DNA of 64,000 nt, taken from the NCBI GenBank assembly GCA_965203355.1, contig OZ241889.1:3392001-3456000 (forward strand). Reading direction: 5' to 3'. Positions 30,669-40,547 of this stretch are shown in pieces (position 1 is the first letter of the stretch; the number at the start of each line of letters is the position of its first letter). A program made the translations under genes and the position numbers. The DNA is from Candidatus Latescibacterota bacterium. GTDB lineage: Bacteria; Latescibacterota; UBA2968; UBA8231. The notes below the pieces were generated by a model. That model did no database searches and was not told where the DNA came from. It saw only the letters and a program-made list of their open reading frames with translations.

Positions 30669-30871
30669 GAAAAGAATACGATTTCTCAAAGTCCGTCCGG
30701 AATCCCTATGCAAAGCATTTTAAGAAACAGATTACGCTTCGTCTGGGGACGGATGTGATTGCGTATTTCAAGGATCTGGCGGGCGAAACCGGTATTCCAT
30801 ACCAGAGTTTGATCAATCTGTATCTACAGGATTGCGTTCAGACCAAGAAAAAGCTCAAGTGGGCATCGTGA
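30665..30871 (+). CDS. brnA: BrnA family antitoxin
   Basis: MRKEYDFSK..NPY...ITLRL..DVIAYFK....GIPYQSLIN. Confidence 0.85.
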   Translation: MRKEYDFSKSVRNPYAKHFKKQITLRLGTDVIAYFKDLAGETGIPYQSLINLYLQDCVQTKKKLKWAS

Positions 30872-30881
30872 GCTAAGAAAT

Positions 30882-31715
30882 TCAGCACTCAGCACCGCGC
30901 ACCTCACCGCCGAAGTGCTGCATGCGCTCGTCGGTGTCAATCTGATCGGTGCTGGCGGGTCGGTAGTGTAGCTGGAGGGCGCGGCGCATTTTTTGCGAGG
31001 GGTTGGTCGGGCTGCCGTGGTGGGTCATGCCGTGCCAGAGCAGGCAACCACCGGGAGCAAGGGGTACGAAGACGTCGCGCTCGGTCTGGACGTCGGTGTC
31101 GCAAATCTGCCAATCGCGGCGCTTGAAGTGATGGACCGGGCCTTCGCGGTGCGTACCGGGCAGGATGTGTAGGCAGCCGTTATCCGCGTCGGCGTGGTCG
31201 AGGGCAATCCAGACGCCGATGATGGTGGCGCCCAAAGGATAGTTGAAATACGCACAGTCTTGGTGCCAGGGTTTCTCCCGGCCCCTAGGCGGCTTGAGCA
31301 GGGCCATCTCTTGGAATAGAACGGGGGTGTCGTCCATCAGGCGGGCGAGGACGTCCAAGAGCGCTGGGGCGGTGGCGAGCGGTTGGAAACGCTCATCCCA
31401 ATCGACAAAATTCATCAGTTTGCGCACCGCGCCACGCCGTGCTGTGCCCGTCAGCTTTTGGCCCTGAGCGGACGCTTCGAGTTGGACGCCGCGAAATTCG
31501 GGCTTTTTGCCGTCGATCAGGTCGTACACGGCGTCGCCCGCGTCGGCGACTTGGTCGGGCGAAAATGCCTCTGCTATAGCGAGGTAGCCTTGCTCGTGAA
31601 AGAAGGCTAGCTGCTCGGGGCCGATGTCGGCGAAGCAAGCGACTTGCTGGGCCTGGGCGTCGCAGCGGTAGAGCGCCGGGGCGCCGTCGTCGATGATGGG
31701 TTCGGCACTCGTCAT
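30882..31715 (-). CDS. Phytanoyl-CoA dioxygenase (PhyH) family protein
   Basis: PWHQD, WIALD..NGCL..PGTH, HGS..N...RR. Confidence 0.9.
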   Translation of the reverse strand: MTSAEPIIDDGAPALYRCDAQAQQVACFADIGPEQLAFFHEQGYLAIAEAFSPDQVADAGDAVYDLIDGKKPEFRGVQLEASAQGQKLTGTARRGAVRKLMNFVDWDERFQPLATAPALLDVLARLMDDTPVLFQEMALLKPPRGREKPWHQDCAYFNYPLGATIIGVWIALDHADADNGCLHILPGTHREGPVHHFKRRDWQICDTDVQTERDVFVPLAPGGCLLWHGMTHHGSPTNPSQKMRRALQLHYRPASTDQIDTDERMQHFGGEVRGAEC

Positions 31716-31927
31716 GTCTGTTCCGCTGATTGGTCCCGGACCAAGATTGCCATGGGAATTAGCACGCAGTAGCCGACGACGAGGAGCACTGGCGCTAGGG
31801 TGAGGGAGAGAAAACCCTCGGCTGGCGGGATGCGCAAAAACACATAGCCGAGCGCGATCACGGCTAAGCCTACTAAGGCCAAGGACCAGTTTTTGCGCGT
31901 AAAAGGCAAGTCGCTGTGTAGGGCCAT
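31712..31927 (-). CDS. Small two-TM membrane protein (DUF3098-like)
   Basis: LPFTRKNW...LSLTLAPVLLVVGY pattern; directly follows rplS. Confidence 0.65.
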   Translation of the reverse strand: MALHSDLPFTRKNWSLALVGLAVIALGYVFLRIPPAEGFLSLTLAPVLLVVGYCVLIPMAILVRDQSAEQT

Positions 31928-31941
31928 GACGTGGGCCTCGC

Positions 31942-32295
31942 TTAGCGCGACCGCTTTTCGCGGATGCGGGCGGCGCGACCTTTGCGACCGCGCAAGTAAA
32001 AGAGGCGTGCGCGGCGCACCCGCCCTTCGCGCGTGCGCTCAATTTTGGCGATGCGCGGCGAGTGCAGAGGAAAGATGCGCTCAATGGCGATGCCCTGAGT
32101 GATTTTGCGCACGGTAAAGGTCTCTTGGATGCCGCTGCCTTTGCGCTGGATGACGGTTCCCTCAAAGATTTGGGTGCGTTCCTTGTCGCCTTCGATGACG
32201 CGCACGTGGAGGCGCACGGTGTCGCCCGCGCTGAATTCAGGGAGATCGGTTTTGAGTTGGTCCGCGGTTAGTTCGCGCTGGATACTTGCGTCCAT
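31942..32295 (-). CDS. rplS: 50S ribosomal protein L19
   Basis: [23 protein letters not shown]...[10 protein letters not shown]. Confidence 0.97.
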   Translation of the reverse strand: MDASIQRELTADQLKTDLPEFSAGDTVRLHVRVIEGDKERTQIFEGTVIQRKGSGIQETFTVRKITQGIAIERIFPLHSPRIAKIERTREGRVRRARLFYLRGRKGRAARIREKRSR

Positions 32296-32311
32296 TGTAT
32301 CACCTTGTTTG

Positions 32312-33052
32312 TTACGGGGCTTTTTCCAGCCCTTGCTCCCGCCAAGTGGCGATGAGTTGTTGTTCTTCTTCGTCGAGTTCGATCTGTTGCAGCAAGTCGG
32401 GCCGGCGCGCAAACGTGCGCCGCAAGGCTTGGCGTCGCCGCCAGTGCTCTATGCGCTCGTGGTCGCCGGAAAGCAGGGCATCCGGGACGCGCTGCCCGCG
32501 GAATTCAACTGGCCGCGTGTACCAAGGGCAATCGAGTACGGCCTCTTGGAACGAGTCGTCCAAGGCCGAAGAGAAGTTGCCCAAAACGTTGGGTATGAGC
32601 CGCACCACCGCGTCGATGAGGACTAGGGCGGCCGGCTCGCCGCCAGTGAGCACGTAGTCGCCGATTGAAATTTCTTGGTCGATAAGCCCAGTGCGAATCC
32701 GCTCATCTACTCCTTTGTAATGCCCGCACAACAGCACCAACCGCTCCGCTAGCGCCAGTTCGACGGCGAGGGCTTGATTGAGCGGCTGGCCGTCGGCCGT
32801 CAGGTAAATGCAGCGGCCAGCCGCGAGGCCCCGCTCCTGCCAAAGCTGGTACACCGGCTCGGGCTTGAGGACCATGCCGCCGCCGCCGCCGTAAGGCGCG
32901 TCATCCACGGTGCGGTATGCGTCGGTCGCACAATCGCGCGGGTCGTGGGTCTCGACGGTCAACAGGTTGCGGGCGATGGCGCGGGCCATCATGCTGGTCG
33001 CCAACGGCGAGGTAAAGAAATCTGGAAAGAGGGTTACGATGTCTATTTTCAT
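32312..33052 (-). CDS. trmD: tRNA (guanine37-N1)-methyltransferase
   Basis: [32 protein letters not shown]. Confidence 0.97.
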   Translation of the reverse strand: MKIDIVTLFPDFFTSPLATSMMARAIARNLLTVETHDPRDCATDAYRTVDDAPYGGGGGMVLKPEPVYQLWQERGLAAGRCIYLTADGQPLNQALAVELALAERLVLLCGHYKGVDERIRTGLIDQEISIGDYVLTGGEPAALVLIDAVVRLIPNVLGNFSSALDDSFQEAVLDCPWYTRPVEFRGQRVPDALLSGDHERIEHWRRRQALRRTFARRPDLLQQIELDEEEQQLIATWREQGLEKAP

Positions 33053-33558
33053 GGCTCAAATAGCGCTTCAATGCCTCGCACGACGACCCGCCCCGGCGCG
33101 ATTTCCACGACAAAGTCGCCGACAGCCGGCACGAGGGCTTCGCCTTTAGGTCCGCGGACCACGTAAACGTCGGTCGTCGGCATGGATAAGACCTCGACGA
33201 TGCGACCCAATGAGTGCCCCGCCGAATTGACGACCGCGCAATCCACAATGTCGTCGATGTAGTGCGTGCCTTCCGGTAGGGGATCGCGCTGGTCCGGGGC
33301 GATGGTAACGTAGCCACCGGCCAGCATGGAACGCGCCTGTTCGGGCGAGTCAATGCCCGCGAATTTGAGCAACAAGCTCTTGGCATCTGTGCGCCAGCAC
33401 TCGAGTTCGAGCGGCTGGTCGGCTCGGCCCGCGCATTGGACGACGACGCGCCGCAGGTCGCTGAAGCGCTCGACGCGGTGCGTCAGGGCCTCGGCCCGGA
33501 CTTCGCCGCGCACGCCCCACGGGCGGGAGATATAGGCTACGGCGACGCGCCCAGCCAT
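33049..33558 (-). CDS. rimM: Ribosome maturation factor RimM
   Basis: WGVRGEV, PRC-barrel C-terminus; between rpsP and trmD. Confidence 0.93.
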   Translation of the reverse strand: MAGRVAVAYISRPWGVRGEVRAEALTHRVERFSDLRRVVVQCAGRADQPLELECWRTDAKSLLLKFAGIDSPEQARSMLAGGYVTIAPDQRDPLPEGTHYIDDIVDCAVVNSAGHSLGRIVEVLSMPTTDVYVVRGPKGEALVPAVGDFVVEIAPGRVVVRGIEALFEP

Positions 33559-33570
33559 GCGGTGGTCCCT

Positions 33571-33939
33571 CTATTTTTCTTCTGGCTCGCCCGATTCAGC
33601 GGCTGCTTGCTCGGCGGGCACTGCCGCCGCTTGCTTGCGCCGGCGCTTGGGCTTGTCGCCAGCGAGGGCGTCGGCGCGCACCCGGCCTGCTTGGCCTTTC
33701 CAGCGGGCCAAGACTCCTTGGCTGTGGAAGAGGTCGGCGACGGTCTCGCTCATCTGCGCCCCTTTGTTGAGCCACTCAATGGCCCGCTCTTCGTCGATTT
33801 TGACGCTGGCGTGCAGGGGGTCGTAGAGGCCCACCTCGGCGAGGGTGCGGCCGTTGCGGGCGACGCTGGCGTGGGTGGCGACGATCCGGTAGTAAGGCTG
33901 TTTGCGTTTGCCTATTCTCTTAAGGCGAAGTTTGACCAA
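33571..33939 (-). CDS. rpsP: 30S ribosomal protein S16
   Basis: MVKLRLKRIGKRKQPYYRIV...WLNKGAQMSETV. Confidence 0.97.
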   Translation of the reverse strand: MVKLRLKRIGKRKQPYYRIVATHASVARNGRTLAEVGLYDPLHASVKIDEERAIEWLNKGAQMSETVADLFHSQGVLARWKGQAGRVRADALAGDKPKRRRKQAAAVPAEQAAAESGEPEEK

Positions 33940-33964
33940 TGCTATTCTCCTTGGCGAAGGATGC

Positions 33965-35293
33965 CTAGCCCACGAAGGGCTTTTTCATTTTTAAGCGACC
34001 GCCTTTGGCGCGGCCCATTTGCCTGAGCATTTTCTGCATCATTTGGAATTGTTTGACCAACTGGTTTACCTCCTGAACGGTCGTGCCGCTGCCGCGGGCG
34101 ATGCGCTTGCGGCGGCTCCCGTTGAGAATTTTGGGTTGAACTCGCTCTTGGCGGGTCATGGAATTGACGATGGCCTCGACTTGCGTGAACGCGCTGTCGT
34201 CGATCTGCATGTTCTTGGTGGCCTTACCGGCTCCGGGAATCATGCTCATGAGCTGGTCGAGCGGCCCCATGCGGCGCACGGCTTGCAACTGCGAAAGGAA
34301 ATCTTCAAAAGTGAAAGAGGCCCGGCGGAGCTTTTCTTCTAGCTGTTTGGCTTTGTCGCGCTCCATGGCTTGCTCGGCCTTTTCCACGAGCGAGACCACG
34401 TCGCCCATGCCGAGGATGCGCGAGGCCATGCGGTCGGGGTGAAAAGACGCTAGGTCTTCGATTTTTTCGCCCGTGCCGACGAACTTGATCGGCTGGCCGG
34501 TGACGGCGCGTATCGACAGGGCCGCGCCGCCGCGGGCATCGCTGTCGAGCTTGGTTAGGATGCAGCCGGTAAACGCGAGACGCTGGTTGAAGCGGGCGGC
34601 AGTCTCTACCGCATCTTGGCCCTGCATGCTGTCGGCGACAAAGAGAATCTCATGCGGCTCAACGGCCTGCTGGATGCGGTCCAACTCGTCCATCATCTCT
34701 TCGTCGATACTCAGGCGGCCCGCCGTGTCTATGAGCGCGATGCTGCGATGGGTTTGTCGAGCTTGGTCGATGCCGCGGCGACAGATGGCGACTGGATCGA
34801 CGCCTGCGGGCTGGCTGAAGACGGGCACGTTGATAGAGGCCCCTAGCGATTGGAGCTGGGCTACGGCTGCCGGGCGATACACGTCGGCGGCAATCAGTAG
34901 TGGTGGGCGACCCCTTTCCTTGAACTGGCGGGCCAACTTGGCGGCCATAGTTGTCTTGCCACAGCCCTGTAAGCCGACGAGCACGACGACGGTGGGTGGG
35001 TACTCGGCGAGGTTGAGCGGGCTGTTGTTGCCCCCGAGCAAGGCGATGAGTTCGCTGTGGACGATTTTGACTAGCTGCTGGCCCGGGGTCAGGCTCTTGA
35101 GGACATCTTGGCCGAGGGCTTGCTCTTTGATCCGCTGAATAAAGTCCTTGGCGACTTTGAAATTGACGTCGGCTTCGAGCAGAGAGCGACGAATTTGGCG
35201 CAGCGTATCGTCGATGTTGCGCTCGGTGATGCGCCCCTGCCCGCGGAGCGAGCGGAATAGGTCGTCAAAGCGTTCGCTGAGTCGGTCAAACAT
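33965..35293 (-). CDS. ffh: Signal recognition particle protein
   Basis: GLQGCGKTT, DTAGR, TKLD, Met-rich M domain; start MFDRL at 35293. Confidence 0.97.
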   Translation of the reverse strand: MFDRLSERFDDLFRSLRGQGRITERNIDDTLRQIRRSLLEADVNFKVAKDFIQRIKEQALGQDVLKSLTPGQQLVKIVHSELIALLGGNNSPLNLAEYPPTVVVLVGLQGCGKTTMAAKLARQFKERGRPPLLIAADVYRPAAVAQLQSLGASINVPVFSQPAGVDPVAICRRGIDQARQTHRSIALIDTAGRLSIDEEMMDELDRIQQAVEPHEILFVADSMQGQDAVETAARFNQRLAFTGCILTKLDSDARGGAALSIRAVTGQPIKFVGTGEKIEDLASFHPDRMASRILGMGDVVSLVEKAEQAMERDKAKQLEEKLRRASFTFEDFLSQLQAVRRMGPLDQLMSMIPGAGKATKNMQIDDSAFTQVEAIVNSMTRQERVQPKILNGSRRKRIARGSGTTVQEVNQLVKQFQMMQKMLRQMGRAKGGRLKMKKPFVG

Positions 35294-35334
35294 GGGCCGA
35301 TGCGTCGAGTGGTAGAATGGGACAAAGAAGTCAA

Positions 35335-35363
35335 AATATAAATTTAATATATAGATATAGCAA
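35335..35363 (-). promoter_or_regulatory. Putative sigma70 promoter of the ffh operon
   Basis: TTGCTA-N17-TATATT in an AT-rich stretch upstream of ffh. Confidence 0.5.
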
Positions 35364-35383
35364 CAGAAGCCGGTCTGCCGATA

Positions 35384-35490
35384 GTGGTACGTTTTGAAAT
35401 TTAGCTTTACTCCCGTTGCACGGGTCGCTCTCGCTCGGCCTGAGCCGCGGCGACCCAAGCCCGATCTCAACCGTACCGCGACAATTGGAG
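35384..35490. repeat. Structured ~100-bp direct repeat, copy 1
   Basis: Shares TTAGCTTTACTCCCGTTG and CCCAAGCCCGA.CTCAACCGTACC.CGACAATTGGAG with 40931-41019. Confidence 0.85.
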
Positions 35491-35550
35491 ATTTCAAAAC
35501 GCATCACGACCGAATGATTTGGCGGTGCAGGGTAGTTGCCGACTTTGACC

Positions 35551-35868
35551 ATAGAAATGGGACCCGGCAGCGGTGGGGGGGCAAACCAGTGCGCTGTCTA
35601 ATTTCTAACATGGACATCCCAGAACATCGGGGTCCCATTTCCGTGCCTTGCGGTGTCGCGTGTGCTACTTGAGCAGCAGCATCTTCTGGACGGCGAGGAA
35701 GTCGCCGCCCGCTCGCAAGTGGTCCTGTAGGCTGTCGATCTGACGTTCATAAGAAAATGGGACCCCAGAACATCGGGGTCCCATTTCCGTGTCTTGCGGT
35801 GTCGTGGATGTTACTTGAGCAGCAGCATCTTCTGGACGGCGAGGAAGTCGCCGCCCGCTTGCAAGCGG
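35551..35868 (-). repeat. Tandem duplication of gene 3' end plus terminator (146-bp unit)
   Basis: The last ~18 codons and stop (35811) recur at 35665, each followed by a GGGACCCC...GGGGTCCC-type hairpin (second one degenerate). Confidence 0.9.
35755..35786 (-). terminator. Intrinsic terminator of the surface-protein gene
   Basis: AAATGGGACCCC-N8-GGGGTCCCATTT palindrome followed by a T-rich run on the minus strand. Confidence 0.75.
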
Positions 35869-38800
35869 TAGAAGTACATCCCCGACGACACGCTCTGGCC
35901 GCTATCGTTGGTCGCGTCCCACTCCACCGCGTAGCGACCGGCACTCTGATGCTCGGCGACCAGCGTCCGAATCGGCTGACCCAACACGTTATACACGGTC
36001 AGCCCCACGTCCGCCGCCTGCGGCAACGCATACTGAATCGTCGTCTGCGGGTTGAACGGGTTGGGATAGTTGGCTGCCAGCGAGAACACAGCCGGGCGCG
36101 TCTGCACCGAAATCGGCGCGGGCAATGCCAGCCGGTTGAAGCCCAACGCCCGGTCATACGTCTGGCTGTCGGTGATTTCGAGGGTCGTGTGCTCGATCTC
36201 GGTCGTCGGCCGGAAGACTAAGCGCAGCATCAGCTCGCCATCGGCAACGACATCGCCGTGCGCGGCTACCGTCAACACGCCCGCTTGGTCGGCCAGTACC
36301 TGCGGCGTAGCGAATGCGCTATCGCCCAGCGGCTGATCGGTCTGCGCCTCGACGAAAGTTAGCTGGTCGGCGTCATACGCTATCTGCAAGCCGTAGCCTT
36401 TGACCGCTACGAAGTCGGTCAACCGCACATTAACGACGAAATCCTCTCCCACGCTCGGCAGGGCTGTCGGCGCGTCCAGATACAGCCGCGCATCCGCATT
36501 CAGCCCGGCCTGCAACGCCACCGGCTTGCCAGCGCCGCTGTTGAACCGATCGAACAACGAACCGAGGTCGACAAAATCCAGCATCGCGTTGATTGTAATC
36601 GTGAACATCAGCGAGACGCTTTCGTCGCCCGCTATGGCCGTGTAGGTGACCTCAACGGCCCCATCGGTCGCCGCTTCCGGCGTCCCGGAAATCGTCCGGG
36701 TCGCCGCGTCAAACGACAGCCCGGCTGGCAGACCCGACACGCTATACGTGATGGCTCCCTCGCCGCCCAGTGCCATCGGCAGTTCCAACGAGTGAATCGC
36801 CGTGCCCGCCGTATAGGCATGTGCGGCAATCGAAGCACCCTCGACGAAAGACAAGGGAATCATCATCTCCTTATCGTCCATCATGCTGCGGTCCGTGTCC
36901 GTCAGCACCAGCGTCGCCGAACCCGCCGTCAAACCCGGTATCATCGCGTTGATCACAATCGTCTCGTCACCTTCGGCCATGCCGTCGGCTGTCGGATCAA
37001 CCAACAGGCGGGTCGAACCCATAATCGAACCGGCGGCAATGGTAATCGTTGGATCGAACAGGGCCGAGTAGTCCGTGTCGCGGGTGGCACTACTCGAAAT
37101 CTCATCAATCGAAACGGTCGCCGTGGCGTCCTCGGCCAACGGCTTGCCGTCCAGCGCGGCCATGACCATTACTTCCGTCAACTCGGCGGACTCGCTGAGC
37201 GCGCTCGGCATCACCGACACGACCAAAGACGTGCTGGCGGTCTCGTCGTCGGAAATCCGCAAGTCCACCTGCCCCCAGCCGCCCGAAGACACCGCCCGGA
37301 TCCCCAAGTGCTTATGACCGTCCGCCGAAGCGTTGTCAATCGGCGATAGGAAAAGCGTCGTCGAACCGACCTTTTCCCCGGCCGCAATGGTGATCGTCCC
37401 CGCCAACGTCGCGGTGTAATCCACGTCGCGGGTGGCCATCGCGCCGCTGGCGGGCGGCACAATCGTGAAGCGGACCGTCTCAGCCGCCGGAGCCGCCTCT
37501 GACAAGGTCGCTGTAATTCGGATTTCAGCCGTGTCGCCGTTTTCGCGCACGGCCGATTGCGAAGCCATCACACTGGCGACGCCCACGGTGACCGGCGGGG
37601 CCTCGCTGACCGTGATGGTGAAGGTCTTTGCGCCGCTATCGCCGTCGCCATCGATCACCGTATAGAAGACTTCCGACATACCCGCCATCGTCGGCGTTCC
37701 CGAAAGCGTCCGCGTCGCCGCGTCAAACGACAGACCCATCGGCAGGTCCGACGAGACCCTGTACCGCAGCGTTCCTTGGCCGCCCGTCGCCGCGGGCAAC
37801 ACCGCGCTGAACGCTTGACCTACCGTCGCTTCAAAGGCTAACGCCCCAGCGCCGAAACTCGGTCGTCCCGTGTCCGCGGGCGTATCCGAAGAACCAGAAT
37901 CATCCGTCATCGCCGCGTCTTTCAGCGTAATCTTCGCGGTGCTGACGGTGATCTTGTCGGCGTCTTGGTTCTTGAGATTGTCCGTGAGTTGCTTGATCGT
38001 GATCGTCTCGTCGTTGTCGTCTTTGCCGTCGTTGACCGGCTTGATCGTGATCGTCGTCGAGCCGGTGATCGCGCCGTGCGGAATCGTCAGCGAGCTAAGT
38101 GCTGCCGTGTAATCAACGTCCCGCGTCGCCGACTTGTCCGGCGTCCGATCCACGACCAAGGTGATCGTCGCCGCCGCGTCGAGCACCTTGCCGTCTAACG
38201 TGCCCGTAACCGTAACCGTCGTCGCCCCGGCGTCCTCTTTGATTTCACTCGGATTGACCGACAGCGTAATTTTTTCGCTCAGCGTCTCATCATCCGTGAT
38301 CGTGAACGTCTCCTCCTTCATCTGATCTTTTTCGTCGCCGACCTTCGCTTTTACCGTGAACGTCCACGGATCATTCTTACCGCTGTTGTTCGTCGGGGTG
38401 ACGCGCAGCATGGCCGTGCCTTTGGTGTCGCCGGCCGGGATCGTCAAGCCCTCAATGACCTCCACCTCGTAATGCACATCGCGCGTCCCGGAAGAACCCG
38501 GCGTAATCTGAAAGTCCACCGTCTTAGAGCCGGTTAAGGCCGCCGCCAATTCAACGTTCATCGCAACGTCCGTCGCCCCGCTTTCCTCGCGGATCGTCGC
38601 CGGACTCAGCGTAAATTTTTTGATCTGCGCCACCGCAACGTCCTCAACCGTGATGATGCCCGGATTGACCTTAATACGAACGACAAAAGAGTCCACATAC
38701 TTTAGCGTTACGGCCGCATCTCCGTAATTCCTCTGGAAAGTATCGCCGAAGTCGTTATCGCCGTTAAAGTCGATTTGATAACCATGTGAGACTTTTCGTT

Positions 38801-40310
38801 TGGATGGTACCTCGGTGATGCCAGGACCGCCGGTGGTCCAATCAGCGCACGTTTGTGGGTTCGAATCCGTTGCATCGAATAAGCAGAGACCTACCTCCGA
38901 TACTACCTTACCCTGGGGCACCACATACTCATCTAAAAGATCGCCATCCGCGAAAAGGTCGATCCCCAAGTCTGCTTCTACCAAGACGGTCCCCGCAGGT
39001 ACGACATCGGAATCTTTATAACTCGTATTTTGGTAATCCCACCCAAAAAACCCATCACCCTCTGGGTCTGTTCCAATATCCCCATCGCCGTTTAAGTCTA
39101 TACCGATACTTCGGAGGGTCTTTGTGGAGCCTTTAATAAATTGGTCGATATAAGTATTGCTATACTTCATAGCCTCTACTAGAGTCGTGCCTTCTGACAG
39201 GGTAAAACCATCGTCATCAAAGCTACCATCAAGATTAAGGTCGATCCGGACCCGCCGCCCCTCACTGTTCTGCCGTTTTAACTTCAGAATCAGCGTATCA
39301 CTACTGGCCTTCAGCACGATCTGGCCCGCCTTATCTTTCGGATCGAGAGTGAACGTAGTCGTCCCTTCAATCTTACGCCGCGGAACGGTCAGCTTCCCCA
39401 GACCACTAAGCGAGTAATGCACATCGCGCGTCAACGTATCGCTGGCAGCCCCCTTGCCCTCAACAATAGCCAATTGGGTTTCAAGGGTTTCAAGGGCTTG
39501 GGTCTTAAACGCACGGCCATCCAACGTCGCCGTCAATTCAATCGGAGTCGCATCCGCCTGCTTGCTGAGCTTGGACGGCTTAAAAGAAAGGTCGATGTTT
39601 TCGGACAACATCTCATCGTCAATCAGCTCCACATACATTCTCGAATACGTTTTTGTGTATACCTTGAAGCGTATAACAGGATGCTCACCGCCAATATATT
39701 CGTCAGACCGTTTGAAACCAGTTTTATATTTACCACTTTCAAACCGAAACATGATAGGGATATTACCTCCACCGACTAAATCCTCGTTGTTGGCTGGTCG
39801 AGCAAAGCCGTCGTCTTCGAGATTACGCTGAGTTGCAGTTAAATCAATAAAGATAGGCAAAGCCGGACTCATAGCCTGCCTCTCATAGTGATTCCATACT
39901 TTTCTTGTGACATCGGCCTCTGTGGCTGTGGGTGAGGTTGTGAAAGGTCCGACTCGCTTATTGTCTATCGGGGTTATGGTCAGCGTTCCAGTCGCCTTTT
40001 TCTCGCCCTTCTTAATCACGAAATTGGGGGTGGATAAGGTGAAGAAGCCGCCGAGATACTTTGAATAGGGACGCTCATCATCAAAAAGCATCGCAACGCG
40101 AATATCTTCGGTCGCCGCCTTCCCATCCTTTGTTTCTAAGGTCACCGTAATATCTTGTGCCCCCCTGTCCTCGCGGATCAAAACCCGGTCAAAGGAGACG
40201 AATAGGCTATCTTGGGCCGTGGCTTCCCCGGCCAACAGCAAGCTGGCCGCTAGCAACAAAGGCACAAACGCCAACCGCGGCATCGGCACGGACAACTTCG
40301 CATGTATCAT
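35811..40310 (-). CDS. Large secreted surface/adhesin-like protein (Calx-beta-like and He_PIG Ig repeats, cohesin-like domain, FlgD/T9SS type-A-like CTD)
   Basis: GGAGG RBS, signal peptide, ATRDVDYTA repeats, LPAGLSFDAATRTISGTP, NYPNPFNPQTTIQY...GMYFYRL...KMLLLK. Confidence 0.85.
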   Translation of the reverse strand: MIHAKLSVPMPRLAFVPLLLAASLLLAGEATAQDSLFVSFDRVLIREDRGAQDITVTLETKDGKAATEDIRVAMLFDDERPYSKYLGGFFTLSTPNFVIKKGEKKATGTLTITPIDNKRVGPFTTSPTATEADVTRKVWNHYERQAMSPALPIFIDLTATQRNLEDDGFARPANNEDLVGGGNIPIMFRFESGKYKTGFKRSDEYIGGEHPVIRFKVYTKTYSRMYVELIDDEMLSENIDLSFKPSKLSKQADATPIELTATLDGRAFKTQALETLETQLAIVEGKGAASDTLTRDVHYSLSGLGKLTVPRRKIEGTTTFTLDPKDKAGQIVLKASSDTLILKLKRQNSEGRRVRIDLNLDGSFDDDGFTLSEGTTLVEAMKYSNTYIDQFIKGSTKTLRSIGIDLNGDGDIGTDPEGDGFFGWDYQNTSYKDSDVVPAGTVLVEADLGIDLFADGDLLDEYVVPQGKVVSEVGLCLFDATDSNPQTCADWTTGGPGITEVPSKRKVSHGYQIDFNGDNDFGDTFQRNYGDAAVTLKYVDSFVVRIKVNPGIITVEDVAVAQIKKFTLSPATIREESGATDVAMNVELAAALTGSKTVDFQITPGSSGTRDVHYEVEVIEGLTIPAGDTKGTAMLRVTPTNNSGKNDPWTFTVKAKVGDEKDQMKEETFTITDDETLSEKITLSVNPSEIKEDAGATTVTVTGTLDGKVLDAAATITLVVDRTPDKSATRDVDYTAALSSLTIPHGAITGSTTITIKPVNDGKDDNDETITIKQLTDNLKNQDADKITVSTAKITLKDAAMTDDSGSSDTPADTGRPSFGAGALAFEATVGQAFSAVLPAATGGQGTLRYRVSSDLPMGLSFDAATRTLSGTPTMAGMSEVFYTVIDGDGDSGAKTFTITVSEAPPVTVGVASVMASQSAVRENGDTAEIRITATLSEAAPAAETVRFTIVPPASGAMATRDVDYTATLAGTITIAAGEKVGSTTLFLSPIDNASADGHKHLGIRAVSSGGWGQVDLRISDDETASTSLVVSVMPSALSESAELTEVMVMAALDGKPLAEDATATVSIDEISSSATRDTDYSALFDPTITIAAGSIMGSTRLLVDPTADGMAEGDETIVINAMIPGLTAGSATLVLTDTDRSMMDDKEMMIPLSFVEGASIAAHAYTAGTAIHSLELPMALGGEGAITYSVSGLPAGLSFDAATRTISGTPEAATDGAVEVTYTAIAGDESVSLMFTITINAMLDFVDLGSLFDRFNSGAGKPVALQAGLNADARLYLDAPTALPSVGEDFVVNVRLTDFVAVKGYGLQIAYDADQLTFVEAQTDQPLGDSAFATPQVLADQAGVLTVAAHGDVVADGELMLRLVFRPTTEIEHTTLEITDSQTYDRALGFNRLALPAPISVQTRPAVFSLAANYPNPFNPQTTIQYALPQAADVGLTVYNVLGQPIRTLVAEHQSAGRYAVEWDATNDSGQSVSSGMYFYRLQAGGDFLAVQKMLLLK

Positions 40311-40522
40311 GACTCAACCTCCTGAAGGAAAGCATCGCCCAAGGGCGAAAGGGAAGGGATAGAAGAAAATGGACTTAGCCGTAGAACTAAGCCGCTGCGT
40401 TCTTGCGTTTTTGCTACCGTTGAGCAAGACGAATCCCGCGCGGCGAGCGCGAGGCTACGACGTCGTCGGCCGATAACCGCGAGGCTACCGAGAATGGGGT
40501 TCGTTTGTGATGTGGATGGGTG

Positions 40523-40545
40523 GCCACTGACCACTGACCACTGGT
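40523..40545. repeat. Heptamer tandem repeat (CCACTGA)n
   Basis: CCACTGACCACTGACCACTGG; a similar run occurs at 45236-45268. Confidence 0.7.
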
Positions 40546-40547
40546 CA

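Noticed and set aside
35384-35490. SRP (4.5S) RNA next to ffh
   Set aside because: The conserved CAGG-CC-GNRA-GG-AGCAG core was not found on either strand.
33965-35497. N-terminal extensions in the ORF track (ffh, rplS, phyH, ybbA, PASTA protein, apgM, dcd, arsC)
   Set aside because: They overlap neighbouring genes or promoters; downstream starts match family N-termini and RBS positions.
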